Shown here piece by piece: positions 46,331-55,195 of a DNA stretch of 64,000 bases. The position numbers and the translations under genes were made by a program. The stretch's first letter is position 1. Every line of letters begins with the position of its first letter. A model generated the notes under the pieces. The model made no database searches, was not told where the DNA came from, and was given only the letters and a program-made list of their open reading frames with translations. Source of the stretch: an uncultured Anaerolineales bacterium (GTDB lineage: Bacteria; Chloroflexota; Anaerolineae; 4572-78; NAK82); the NCBI GenBank assembly GCA_964439175.1, contig CAYTNQ010000004.1:8759-72758 (forward strand), given 5' to 3'.

Positions 46331-48217
46331 TTATTCGACCTGTGTTGGGTCGCGGGCCGGATCGGTATATTTGATCCACACCGGGTCCCAGTCATTGAAT
46401 CCAGTATGACTAAGACTATACAGGCCGCTGCCGTCGGCGTTCATCACCCAAATTTGTTTATTTCCGGTACGATTGGACCAGAAAACGATTTTTGACCCAT
46501 CGGGCGACCAGGACGGGTGCTTGTCCCACCAATTATAGTGGTCGCTCGTCAACTGGCGGGCATCAGTGCCATCACGATTGATGACCCAAATCTCATCGTT
46601 GCCACTATCGGTAGAGACGAAGGCGATTTGATCCATAGTCGGCGACCAAACCGGATCGTAGGCGATCCCAGCGCCGAAGTGAGTGATTTGTTCTTCCACC
46701 TTGTAGTAAAAATCGTAAAAGAACAAAGAGGGAACCTTCAGTTGAACCGGAACAGTTCTCCCGGAGCCATTGTCTTCGGCCGTATTTATCAACGCATCCT
46801 TCACAAACACGCGATACCGCTGATCGGCCGAGTAGGCATCGCGAGCCAAAGCCACCTCGTAATGCACACGATCAGTCAGCAGCGCCAGGTTGCTCCCGTC
46901 CGGGTCTATCACGTACACCAACGGTTCATCACCGCCAGCCCGATCCGACAGAAAGGCGATCTTGCCCACCAGCACCGATGGGATAGGCTGGGGTGTGGCT
47001 GTAGGCGTGGGAGTAGGCGCAGGCGTTGGAATCTCACCGTTGAGCAGTACAAAGACCGACGTAGGCGTGGCCGTCCATACGTTCATTGGCGTGGGAGTGG
47101 GTGTGCCAAAAGCGATGACTTCAGCCATAGCGACCGCATCCTGGTACACAGCCGTGGCTGTGTTGGCCGGCGCAGGGCGCGGCGTGACGACGATAGGCGT
47201 CACCCAGTTCTCCGGGACCGGGGTGTAGGTGCCCGTTGCAGTTGCCACCTGGGTGGCCGTGGCCGCCAGTGCCGCCACAGTGAAAATATTCTCCGGCGTC
47301 GGCGTGCTGGTGACCACAACGTAGGTGGCCGTTGGTGTCGGGGTGTAGCCGGCCGCCAGCGCTTCGGCCTCGGACGTTTGAGTGACGTTGGGTATGGGCG
47401 TGGGCAACAAAACTCCCAGACGCAAAATAGGGCCATGTCCCAACGTACCCGACCCGTATCCCGTGTCCCAGGCAAAGAGATTCTCTTCACCACCAGCCGG
47501 CCCATCAATCCGAAACGAGACACTGCCCACCGCCAGCCGACTCTCAAGCAGTGCACGCTGTTCAGCACTGAACTCAAAAATGTTAATGTGCGTTCGTCCC
47601 AAGTCGGGGGGCATTAACACAGGTGGGATGACAGCATCCACCGGCGCATTACCGATAACTTCGTAGGTGTGAGAGGCCCAGCGATCCTCCATCGCTTCGC
47701 CCAAAAGCGATAGTGTCCACGTCCCTTCGCTTCCTAATCCGGCATCTTGCAGGCCAGTCAGCTCGAGTTGCGCTGAATAAATCAGAGCATCCGGTGGCAG
47801 GAAAGACAGGTCAAATTGCATGGCACCCAGGTAACGATGATCGGCACTCCAACCGGCAAAGAGGTTACTATCGCCAAAGTGATTGCCACTTTCACCAGAG
47901 CGCACCCAGCCGACCGCATTGACGTGCGGAGAAATAGCGTATACAATCCCTCCAATCGCTGAAACAGGAGCAACTGTTGGGCTGGCTGCGGGCTCTGGGC
48001 TCTCTGTTGGCAATACCTGCGGCCGTGGGGTCACCGTCGGCGATGGTAATGGGGTGAAGGTAGCCGTTGCCGTAGATTCGATCAGCATCTGTGGCGTGGC
48101 AGGTTCCGGTGAGTTAGCGCCCAGATAAACCAGCACCCCCAAGATGCCCATTCCCGTCAGCAAGACCACAATAGCGACGATTGTCCGGGTACCCAACCTC
48201 TCACGTAATTGCCACAT
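46331..48217 (-). CDS. Membrane-anchored TolB-like (PD40/WD40-like beta-propeller) protein with Pro/Thr-rich linkers
   Basis: N-terminal TM (IVAIVVLLTGMGILGVLVYL). A domain containing AMQFDLSFLPPDALIYSAQLELTG follows. Long PT linkers are present (TPTPTATYVVVTSTPTP, PTPAPTPTPTATPQP). C-terminal PD40 repeats include WSPDGSKIVFWSNRTGNKQIWVMNADGSG. Confidence 0.7.
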   Translation of the reverse strand: MWQLRERLGTRTIVAIVVLLTGMGILGVLVYLGANSPEPATPQMLIESTATATFTPLPSPTVTPRPQVLPTESPEPAASPTVAPVSAIGGIVYAISPHVNAVGWVRSGESGNHFGDSNLFAGWSADHRYLGAMQFDLSFLPPDALIYSAQLELTGLQDAGLGSEGTWTLSLLGEAMEDRWASHTYEVIGNAPVDAVIPPVLMPPDLGRTHINIFEFSAEQRALLESRLAVGSVSFRIDGPAGGEENLFAWDTGYGSGTLGHGPILRLGVLLPTPIPNVTQTSEAEALAAGYTPTPTATYVVVTSTPTPENIFTVAALAATATQVATATGTYTPVPENWVTPIVVTPRPAPANTATAVYQDAVAMAEVIAFGTPTPTPMNVWTATPTSVFVLLNGEIPTPAPTPTPTATPQPIPSVLVGKIAFLSDRAGGDEPLVYVIDPDGSNLALLTDRVHYEVALARDAYSADQRYRVFVKDALINTAEDNGSGRTVPVQLKVPSLFFYDFYYKVEEQITHFGAGIAYDPVWSPTMDQIAFVSTDSGNDEIWVINRDGTDARQLTSDHYNWWDKHPSWSPDGSKIVFWSNRTGNKQIWVMNADGSGLYSLSHTGFNDWDPVWIKYTDPARDPTQVE

Positions 48218-48223
48218 ATCTCC

Positions 48224-49939
48224 CTATCTCCGAACGAACGCCAGCGTCTGCAATCCGATGTCCACCGCGCTCTTGAAACCTTCCCAGGAATTCAACCCTT
48301 TGAGCATGGTCCAAATAGGGCCAGGGCGCAAAGCCCACTCGCGTGTGGCCCGCTTTTGCCAGTATTCCAGGCACTCGGCGGTAAGACCCGTTTCGCGATA
48401 GTCGAGCACGGTAGAGCGATCCATGTCCACCTCTTCCCAGGCGGTGCCCGGTCGGAACCAGCCGTTTTCGACCACATCGAGGAAGAAAGGCGTGCCGGGA
48501 TAGGGAGCAGCGATGTGGAAAAGAGCCAGGTCCAGCGGCAACCTCTTGGCAAAGTCAATAGTTTTCCGGATGGTCTCCTCAGTCTCACCGGGCAGGCCTA
48601 TAATAAAATAACCCCAGTTTCCGATTCCGGCCTCCTTTGACCAGCGTAACGCCCGTTCCACTTTTTCCGGATAAGCTCCCTTGCGTGCTCGCCGCAATAT
48701 CTCCTCCGACGCCGATTCAATGCCCCAGGAGATCATCCAGCAACCTGCTTTGCCCATCAATTGCAACATCTCCTCGTCCACATAATCCACGCGACTGTTG
48801 CACGTCCAGCGAACTTTGAGCCCTTGCTCGATAATCGACTTACACAGGCCTACTACCTGATCCCGACTCACCGTGAACAGATCAGCGTACATGTGAATAT
48901 TGTGAATCCCCAAGTCGTGGAGCAGCCATAACTCTTCCACAATGTTCTCTGGTGAGCGGACGCGCACCGAATACTGGTAAGTGACGTGTTTGATGCAATA
49001 CTTGCAACCGGCGGTGCACCCCCGACTGGTGACGATGAAGGTATAGGGGCCCTTGATCATCGGGATACGATACTCATCCAAGGGGAGCAGGTGATGCATA
49101 GGCATAGGTAGATCATCCAAGTTGGCGATAAACGGCCGGTTGGCATTGGTCACGATTTCCCCATTACGTCGCCATCCCAGACCTTTGATGGTCGATAACT
49201 GATGATCGACAGCCGATGATTGGTCACCAATGGCTGACCGCCCGTCCAGGGACCAAGCGGGTCGCCATGCGGGATCCGTGTCGGAAAGCAACCGGTAGAT
49301 GTGTCCCTCTTGATCGGCAATGCGCCCATTCAGCCCTTGTAAACGGCCGTCAATCACCTGCCAACGACCATTAGCTACCTCCAGCGTATCCACCAACTCC
49401 CGCAGAGTCAGCTCTGGCTCGCCCCGGAGCACAAAATCCAACGCCGGGAACCGCGCCATCGTTTCACCCACCATCGGTGTGACATGTGTGCCAAAGGCGA
49501 TAGTCTTGGCCCCCAGGCTGTGGGCCAGAAAGACACCGTACATATCGTTAGTGAGTGTAGGGGCTGTCACCTGTGTCAGGTAATATTTGGGTTGCTTCGC
49601 GCGCAGTAATTGCTCGAACTCAGGCCAGGTCATTCGGGTGGCGATGGCATCCACCACCTCCACGCTGTAATCTGGGTGCAGTAAAGCCGCCAATTGAGCC
49701 AGCGACACCTGAGGCCAGATCATATTCTCACGCGAACGCCGGCCTACCCGGTGTTGGCTTCGAATCCAGATACCACCATCGGGCGCCGGTGGATTGACCA
49801 GCATGACATCCACCGCCCCCTCAGGCCGCTTCTGGGGTAGACTGCGCAAAACCGTCCCCACATCAGGATAATCAGCCTCACGCAATGGTTTCAATTTCCG
49901 CGTACCCAGGTTATGCCACACTTCCTGCTCAGTCATCAA
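48224..49939 (-). CDS. B12-binding-domain radical SAM enzyme
   Basis: N-terminal Rossmann-like B12-binding region (VMLVNPPAP...). The radical SAM cluster motif C-x3-C-x2-C lies in VTSRGCTAGCKYCIKH. 571 aa. It ends 6 nt before the next start codon. Confidence 0.8.
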   Translation of the reverse strand: MMTEQEVWHNLGTRKLKPLREADYPDVGTVLRSLPQKRPEGAVDVMLVNPPAPDGGIWIRSQHRVGRRSRENMIWPQVSLAQLAALLHPDYSVEVVDAIATRMTWPEFEQLLRAKQPKYYLTQVTAPTLTNDMYGVFLAHSLGAKTIAFGTHVTPMVGETMARFPALDFVLRGEPELTLRELVDTLEVANGRWQVIDGRLQGLNGRIADQEGHIYRLLSDTDPAWRPAWSLDGRSAIGDQSSAVDHQLSTIKGLGWRRNGEIVTNANRPFIANLDDLPMPMHHLLPLDEYRIPMIKGPYTFIVTSRGCTAGCKYCIKHVTYQYSVRVRSPENIVEELWLLHDLGIHNIHMYADLFTVSRDQVVGLCKSIIEQGLKVRWTCNSRVDYVDEEMLQLMGKAGCWMISWGIESASEEILRRARKGAYPEKVERALRWSKEAGIGNWGYFIIGLPGETEETIRKTIDFAKRLPLDLALFHIAAPYPGTPFFLDVVENGWFRPGTAWEEVDMDRSTVLDYRETGLTAECLEYWQKRATREWALRPGPIWTMLKGLNSWEGFKSAVDIGLQTLAFVRR

Positions 49940-50043
49940 CCCATACTCCTTGTGACTATACTACACTGTCAAACTAACCTGTAGATCCCAATTGAGGGAT
50001 TCTATGTCCTTATGCGTTGCGGAGAAAGCCAGAAAGTAGGTTG

Positions 50044-51348
50044 TCATCGCACCTGCATAGAGGCTGTCAACTCTTCCATCGACGCACCAGTCTGTACTGC
50101 CGGGGTTGGGGTAGGCAAAACCCCCTCACGCTGTGTCCCCAAATCGTCGTAGGCTCGAGCTTCACGCTTACTGAGTTCCGCCAGGACGTTCACCAACAAC
50201 CACGAAGTCATCAATTGAAAGCCACTCAAAACCAGCACCGAACTAACCGCCGGCGCGAACCAGGAAGGCACTACCCTCGACGAATCCAGGCCCAAAAGCA
50301 CAGCCAGCACATAGACGACGACTCCTCCCACAACCGAAACCATTCCCATCCAGCCGAAGTGACCCTCCAACGGGGTACGGAAGAGGGGGCGACCGAACAA
50401 CCCTTGTCGTACCTGGCGCTTGTGAAAGAGTGACACTAAATAGTTGAACGTCGCTCCCGTCGAAAACAGATTGATGCCCACGGCAGCCAGCACGAAAGCG
50501 GCAAAGAAACGCGAGAAAGGCCACTGAGATGTGTTCTCGCCAATGCCGACCAATCCGGCAAAGAGAGCTACCAGAACGGCGACCAGCACCAACCCACTTC
50601 CCACCGCCCCCAGGATCCGGACGGGATTGTAGGTCATAGCCGTAGTCACGATAGACCTGAGGAAGCGAACTCCATCCTTCACGACACTCAGTTTTGACCG
50701 CCCCACCCGCTCAGCGTAGGGAATAGGCACTTCAACAATGCGCAGATTCTCATGGATGGCACGGGTACTCATCACCGGTGTGAAGTTCAGACCGTCGGGA
50801 AGTGGATAAAGGAGCAACAACGCATCGCGCCGCAATACCCGCTGTCCGCTGGCACTGTCGCTGACCCGCTGATTGCCGATAAGCGACACCAACGTGGCAA
50901 AGATGAGATTGCCGAGACGACGGACTGGCGGCATGTCGCTTTCGGCACCAGCCATCCGCGAGCCGATAACCAAATCGGCCCCTTCCTCCAAAATAGGCCG
51001 GCAGAGTTGAGGGAAATATTTAGGCGGATAGGTGCCATCAGCGTCAAGAAAAGCCAGCAAATTCCCCTTGGCATGGCGAAAGCCGGTTTTAATAGCTGCC
51101 CCATACCCCCGGTTGACCGCGTGCTGCACCAACACCACCTCTGGATAACCGGCGACAATCTCGGCCGTTCGGTCGCGCGATCCGTCGTCCACCACGATCA
51201 ACTCCAAATCCGAGACCCCAACCTTGGCTAACGAGCCTTTGATCGCCAGCACCCGCTCAATGATGTCGGCGATGCCGTCCTCTTCGTTCAACGCCGGGAT
51301 CACAACTGATAACGTATTCACTGCCTGCCCTCCTGTAATGGTAACCAC
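50044..51348 (-). CDS. Polyprenyl-phosphate glycosyltransferase (GT2, ArnC/GtrB/Dpm1-like) with C-terminal TM bundle
   Basis: LSVVIPALNEEDGI, VVDDGSRDRTAEI, NRGYGAAIKTGF and FLDADGTYPP blocks, then four hydrophobic helices. Start is GTG 51348, or a GTG nine codons downstream with an AGGAGGG SD. Confidence 0.75.
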   Translation of the reverse strand: MVTITGGQAVNTLSVVIPALNEEDGIADIIERVLAIKGSLAKVGVSDLELIVVDDGSRDRTAEIVAGYPEVVLVQHAVNRGYGAAIKTGFRHAKGNLLAFLDADGTYPPKYFPQLCRPILEEGADLVIGSRMAGAESDMPPVRRLGNLIFATLVSLIGNQRVSDSASGQRVLRRDALLLLYPLPDGLNFTPVMSTRAIHENLRIVEVPIPYAERVGRSKLSVVKDGVRFLRSIVTTAMTYNPVRILGAVGSGLVLVAVLVALFAGLVGIGENTSQWPFSRFFAAFVLAAVGINLFSTGATFNYLVSLFHKRQVRQGLFGRPLFRTPLEGHFGWMGMVSVVGGVVVYVLAVLLGLDSSRVVPSWFAPAVSSVLVLSGFQLMTSWLLVNVLAELSKREARAYDDLGTQREGVLPTPTPAVQTGASMEELTASMQVR

Positions 51349-51354
51349 TCAGCA

Positions 51355-51454
51355 TACCCTCCCGCAGGTTGCAATGAAGGGGCATTCGGCATCTGGATTG
51401 CCAGGTATGGCAAGGGTTTCTACACTGGCGTTTGCCTAAACCTGCGGGAGGGTA
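51355..51454. repeat. Intergenic long hairpin element (16-bp perfect stem, 68-nt loop)
   Basis: TACCCTCCCGCAGGTT (51355-51370) is the exact reverse complement of AACCTGCGGGAGGGTA (51439-51454). On the minus-strand RNA the 3' arm contains GGGAGGG, 10 nt upstream of GTG 51348. Confidence 0.85.
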
Positions 51455-51471
51455 AACAGTTACCTGTAATG

Positions 51472-52245
51472 CTACTGTTGCCTGGTACCCCTATCCCGAA
51501 ACTGTTCCAGCCGCCCCCAAAATACCTCCGGCCGCTGGCGATGGTTACTCTCTATTTGACGCCGGTCTCTGATGGTTTTGGCCGGAGCCCCGACGGCGAT
51601 GCTGTAGGGCGGGACGTCACCGGTGACGACGGCGCCGGCGCCGATCACACTACCCTGTCCGATGGTCACTCCGTCAAGCACAACAGCGCTGGCGCCGATC
51701 CACACGTCGTCTTCAATGACAATCCCTTGAGCAGTGATGCCCTGTTCACGGATAGGGCGGCTGGGGTCGTCGTAGACGTGGTTCACCGCCACGATTTGCA
51801 CCATCGGCCCGGTGTACACGTCGTTGCCAATGTGTACCCCCCCCTGGCCGCGCACCACGTTGAACTCGCCTATAAAGCAATTCCTGCCAATAGTGATACC
51901 GGCCTGAGGCAAATGACGAAAATTGAAAACGTGCAACATAGTATGATGCATGACAAAAGTACCTTCGCCGATGCTGATGCCGCCTGGCAAGGCGTGGAGA
52001 TAAACGCCACGATCCAGGTACACATTCTTACCCAGGCAAACGTTGCCGGCGTAGACAATGCGCACACCAGCTTCGATAGCTGGCACACCGTCAAGCTTCA
52101 TAATCGACCGATAAACCAGAGCGCGCAGCCCAATGCCGGCGACGGTGGGTACCCAGCCAAAGATGCTCAACACCAACTGTTCCAGCATATAAGCGGGCAA
52201 GCTCGAAGCCTGCCCCGTCAAGTAATAGCGAAGTTGCTCAATCAT
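51472..52245 (-). CDS. Hexapeptide-repeat (LbH) acyltransferase
   Basis: Long run of hexapeptide repeats ([13 protein letters not shown].., [13 protein letters not shown].., [31 protein letters not shown]). The plus-strand ORF 51469..52260 is its antisense shadow. Confidence 0.75.
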   Translation of the reverse strand: MIEQLRYYLTGQASSLPAYMLEQLVLSIFGWVPTVAGIGLRALVYRSIMKLDGVPAIEAGVRIVYAGNVCLGKNVYLDRGVYLHALPGGISIGEGTFVMHHTMLHVFNFRHLPQAGITIGRNCFIGEFNVVRGQGGVHIGNDVYTGPMVQIVAVNHVYDDPSRPIREQGITAQGIVIEDDVWIGASAVVLDGVTIGQGSVIGAGAVVTGDVPPYSIAVGAPAKTIRDRRQIESNHRQRPEVFWGRLEQFRDRGTRQQ

Positions 52246-52261
52246 AGCCAGGAAGAATAAA

Positions 52262-52633
52262 TCAGGTGCTCGAAACGATTGTCACCCCTACCAAAACGCA
52301 GCCAATGCCCACCCATCGCCAGGAAGGTACCTGCTCTCCCAAAAGCAGCCAGGCAAAAAGAGGCACCAACACAAAATTCAGCGCAAGCAGCGGATAGGCC
52401 AGACTGACGTCCAGGCGAGACAGAACCACTAGCCAGATCATGGCACTCACGCCATAACACCCCAATCCTAACAACACCCATGGCGTCGTGAAAACCTGAA
52501 TGGCCGTGCGTAACACGGCAGTCAAGCTGGACAGATCCAGTGCGCCCATGCGTTCCATGCCCATCTTCAGCAAAATCTGGCCACTCACTCCCAACAGGCT
52601 GGATACGAGAACGAGCAAAAGCGAAAGTACCAT
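52262..52633 (-). CDS. Small four-helix EamA/SMR-like membrane protein (ArnE/ArnF flippase-like)
   Basis: 123 aa with four hydrophobic helices. SGQILLKMG and [21 protein letters not shown] resemble EamA half-domains or undecaprenyl-phosphate-aminoarabinose flippase subunits. Confidence 0.55.
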   Translation of the reverse strand: MVLSLLLVLVSSLLGVSGQILLKMGMERMGALDLSSLTAVLRTAIQVFTTPWVLLGLGCYGVSAMIWLVVLSRLDVSLAYPLLALNFVLVPLFAWLLLGEQVPSWRWVGIGCVLVGVTIVSST

Positions 52634-52654
52634 CTGACCGTTGCTCCCCCGATT

Positions 52655-53287
52655 TCAAGAGCTTCTTGCAACCAACACTGACTGCCGGTAGTGTCGAACA
52701 TTGACCGGGCTCCACATATCCACCTCATGAGAGATGCCCAGCTCAGCTTGGAAAATGTGGGTGGCGGCCCCCATCAAATTGGGGGTGATGGTGAAACGGT
52801 CCACCGAACGGAATGCAGGCAAAAGCTGTTGCAAGCCCCGACCGGTCAACACCAGGAAGATCCGACAACCAACGAGTTGTCCGGCAATTAAGTCGGTGGC
52901 GGCGTCACCGACGAGATAGGATTGGGACAGGTCTATGTCCATCTCATCCGCCACCTGCAACAGCATCCCTGGCCCAGGTTTGCGACAGGTACAGCCGTCT
53001 TCTGGGCGGTGCGGGCAATAGACTACCCGATCAATGCAGCCACCAGAGGCCTCCACCGCCGCCACCATCCGCCGATGAATATCATCTACCACACTCGCTG
53101 GCACCATTTCCCGGCCAACAATGGCCTGGTTGGTAACCACGATAATCGGCAGGCCCAATCGGCCCAGAGCTGCCAATCCATTTTGGGCTCCAGGCAAAAA
53201 TCGAAATTCGTCCCAACTCTTCACATGGTCGGATCGATTTTCACAGATCACCCCATCCCGGTCGAGAAATATGGCACGTATTCCCAT
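52655..53287 (-). CDS. gmhB: D-glycero-D-manno-heptose 1,7-bisphosphate phosphatase-like HAD-IIIA phosphatase
   Basis: Nucleophile motif FLDRDGVI, VVTNQ, the Zn-finger-like insert CPHRPEDGCTCRKPGPGM and GDAATD. Confidence 0.7.
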   Translation of the reverse strand: MGIRAIFLDRDGVICENRSDHVKSWDEFRFLPGAQNGLAALGRLGLPIIVVTNQAIVGREMVPASVVDDIHRRMVAAVEASGGCIDRVVYCPHRPEDGCTCRKPGPGMLLQVADEMDIDLSQSYLVGDAATDLIAGQLVGCRIFLVLTGRGLQQLLPAFRSVDRFTITPNLMGAATHIFQAELGISHEVDMWSPVNVRHYRQSVLVARSS

Positions 53288-53345
53288 CGTTCCCCCGTCA
53301 AAGCAGATGCAATAGCTCTACTTAGTCTAGAATTTTCACCTTGTG

Positions 53346-53401
53346 AGTCTAACAGCTTTTAATCATAAAGGCGTGAGAATATACTTAGAAAAAAGTTAGA
53401 A
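53346..53401 (-). promoter_or_regulatory. Shared promoter/operator cassette, copy D
   Basis: The minus strand reads TCTAAC-TTTTT-TCTAAG-TATAT-TCTCAC-(21 nt)-TGT-TAGACT. The distance from the second repeat to the -10 box is 32 nt, as in copies A-C. It is 59 nt upstream of ATG 53287. Confidence 0.5.
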
Positions 53402-53633
53402 TCAGCCATAGCAACCAGCCACTACCCTTTTCTATGTGCCAGACCAGTCTCAGGCTAAAGAGATTTGATTCACAACAATATTCTTTTTTGTGGTATATTT
53501 TAAGTGCAAACACATAAGTCTTGATAGGCACTGACATGGTTTTCTAGCCTAAAAAGGCCCATAGCAATGTGCAATACTTGTGTGAATGCACTTAAGAGGC
53601 CATCAAACTTTAATGCAGAAGGGAGAGAGACAA

Positions 53634-55154
53634 ATGCAAACGTTACTCGAAAAGCTACACATCAAAGACGTCAATCCCGGCGCCTGCAGTGGACATGATG
53701 CCTGGGTCGAGGATCCGAAGGGCAAGAAACTAACCTCATACAACCCAACCACTGGTGAACCAATTGCCAGTGTCATTCAGGCGACCGAAGGTACTTACGA
53801 AGCCATTATACGTAAGGCGACAGAAACCTTTCAAACATGGCGAACTATTCCCGCCCCAAAGCGCGGCCTGGTGATTCGTGATCTTGCCAATGCCCTACGC
53901 GAACAGAAAGAACCGCTGGGGGAACTGGTGACACTAGAAATGGGGAAAATCAAGGCCGAAGGGATAGGTGAAGTGCAGGAAATGATTGACATCTGTGATT
54001 TTGCCGTGGGGCTATCGCGCCAGTTGTACGGCTTAAGTATGCACTCCGAGCGGCCAGGTCACCGAATGTACGAACAGTGGCATCCCCTTGGCGCTATTGG
54101 CATTATTACTGCCTTCAACTTTCCGGTCGCAGTTTGGTCCTGGAACGCCGCCATTGCCGCTGTTTGCGGCAACACGATGGTATGGAAACCTTCATCCATT
54201 ACACCGTTGACCGCGATTGCCGTTCAGCACATCACCAACCGGGTAGCAAAGGACCACGGTCTGGACGGGGTATTTAACCTCGTCATCGGTACCGGGCGGG
54301 AGGTCGGCGAACGAATGATCAACGATTCGCATCTCCCTCTTATCAGTTTCACCGGATCAGTCAAGGTAGGACGTCGCATAGCAGAAACGGTCGCCCGTCG
54401 CCTGGGACGTACAATCCTGGAACTGGGAGGTAACAACGGGATCATCGTTGCCGAAGATGCCAACCTTGACCTGGCAGTACGGGCTATCCTGTTCGGCGCT
54501 GTCGGCACCGCCGGCCAGCGTTGCACCACCACCCGGCGTATCATCATGCACAAAGAGATTGCCGACGAACTCACCGACCGACTGGTGAAAGCCTATCAGC
54601 AAGTGCCGATTGGGGATCCATTAAAAGAAGGAATTTTGATGGGACCTCTGGTGAACGAAGAGGCAGTTGGGGACATGATGACGGCTCTGGAAACAGCCAA
54701 AGCCCAGGGAGGCAAGATCCTCACCGGCGGTAGACGCTTGCCGGAGAAAGGGGTATGCTTCGTCGAACCTACGATTGTCAACATGCCGCAGCAGACACCG
54801 CTTGTCTGCGAAGAAACCTTCGCCCCGATTCTGTACCTGATGGAATATGAAACCATAGAAGAGGCTATTGCCATTCACAATGGTGTCCCGCAGGGACTCT
54901 CCAGCGCCATCTTTACCACCAATTTGCTGACGGCCGAGAAGTTCTTGGCCGCCACAGGCTCAGACTGCGGGATCGCCAACGTCAACATTGGAACTAGCGG
55001 CGCAGAAATCGGCGGGGCGTTTGGCGGCGAAAAGGAGACAGGTGGCGGCCGCGAATCCGGCTCTGATGCCTGGAAAGGCTATATGCGCCGCCAGACAACC
55101 ACCATTAACTGGTCCTCCGAGCTGCCCCTTGCCCAGGGGATTGAATTCGGATAG
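53634..55154 (+). CDS. Aldehyde dehydrogenase, ALDH7 (aminoadipate-semialdehyde / piperideine-6-carboxylate dehydrogenase-like)
   Basis: ELGGNN (ALDH7 variant of ELGGKS), catalytic Cys block GTAGQRCTT, and NIGTSGAEIGGAFGGEKETGGGRE near the C-terminus. ATG 53634 follows a GGGAGAGAG SD. The listed 53586 start is probably too long. Confidence 0.8.
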   Translation: MQTLLEKLHIKDVNPGACSGHDAWVEDPKGKKLTSYNPTTGEPIASVIQATEGTYEAIIRKATETFQTWRTIPAPKRGLVIRDLANALREQKEPLGELVTLEMGKIKAEGIGEVQEMIDICDFAVGLSRQLYGLSMHSERPGHRMYEQWHPLGAIGIITAFNFPVAVWSWNAAIAAVCGNTMVWKPSSITPLTAIAVQHITNRVAKDHGLDGVFNLVIGTGREVGERMINDSHLPLISFTGSVKVGRRIAETVARRLGRTILELGGNNGIIVAEDANLDLAVRAILFGAVGTAGQRCTTTRRIIMHKEIADELTDRLVKAYQQVPIGDPLKEGILMGPLVNEEAVGDMMTALETAKAQGGKILTGGRRLPEKGVCFVEPTIVNMPQQTPLVCEETFAPILYLMEYETIEEAIAIHNGVPQGLSSAIFTTNLLTAEKFLAATGSDCGIANVNIGTSGAEIGGAFGGEKETGGGRESGSDAWKGYMRRQTTTINWSSELPLAQGIEFG

Positions 55155-55168
55155 TGGGGCAGTCTGCC

Positions 55169-55189
55169 CAAACCGCCCAGGCCGGTTTG
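55169..55189. terminator. Weak hairpin between convergent genes
   Basis: CAAACCG..CGGTTTG stem (7 bp plus one more after a mismatch). It lies between the ALDH stop (55154) and the wzt-2 stop (55196). There is no strong U-run. Confidence 0.3.
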
Positions 55190-55195
55190 TTCCGA

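Noticed and set aside
46960-47420. Short GGCGTGGG/GGTGTGGC-type DNA repeats that might suggest a tandem repeat array or CRISPR
   Set aside because: They are codon-level repeats encoding Pro/Thr linkers (PTPTPTATP...) of the TolB-like protein. Their spacing is irregular and there is no repeat-spacer organisation.
46517-47617. 366-aa plus-strand ORF
   Set aside because: It is antisense to the TolB-like gene. Its translation is Arg/Gly-rich (RRRGRPYVHWRGSG...), produced by reading the PT-linker codons backwards.
51355-51454. Interpretation of the long hairpins (here and at 26690-26787) as rho-independent terminators
   Set aside because: Their loops are 68 nt and no U-tract follows on the transcribed strand. 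They sit inside apparently co-transcribed gene strings. A regulatory RNA or MITE is more plausible.
51469-52260. 263-aa plus-strand ORF
   Set aside because: It is a mirror of the minus-strand hexapeptide acyltransferase. Only the minus frame shows the [LIV]-G-x4 hexapeptide periodicity, and it fits the operon orientation and spacing.
53404-53633. Possible lysine or other riboswitch in the ~130-230-nt leader of the ALDH7-type gene
   Set aside because: An extended -10 box (TGG-TATATT, 53491-53499) and some long-range complementarity (GTGCAAACAC / GTGTGAATGCAC) are visible. I cannot match the conserved cores of the L-box or any other riboswitch by eye. It needs an Rfam scan.
54726-54733. GGCGGTAG (ops-like RfaH recruitment octamer)
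   Set aside because: It lies inside the ALDH coding sequence on the plus strand, not in a glycan-operon leader. It is most likely a chance 8-mer.
53634-55154. ALDH7-type dehydrogenase as part of the glycan pathway
   Set aside because: It has the opposite orientation, its own promoter and leader, and a family normally tied to lysine/aminoadipate catabolism. It is most likely an unrelated housekeeping gene separating two glycan units.
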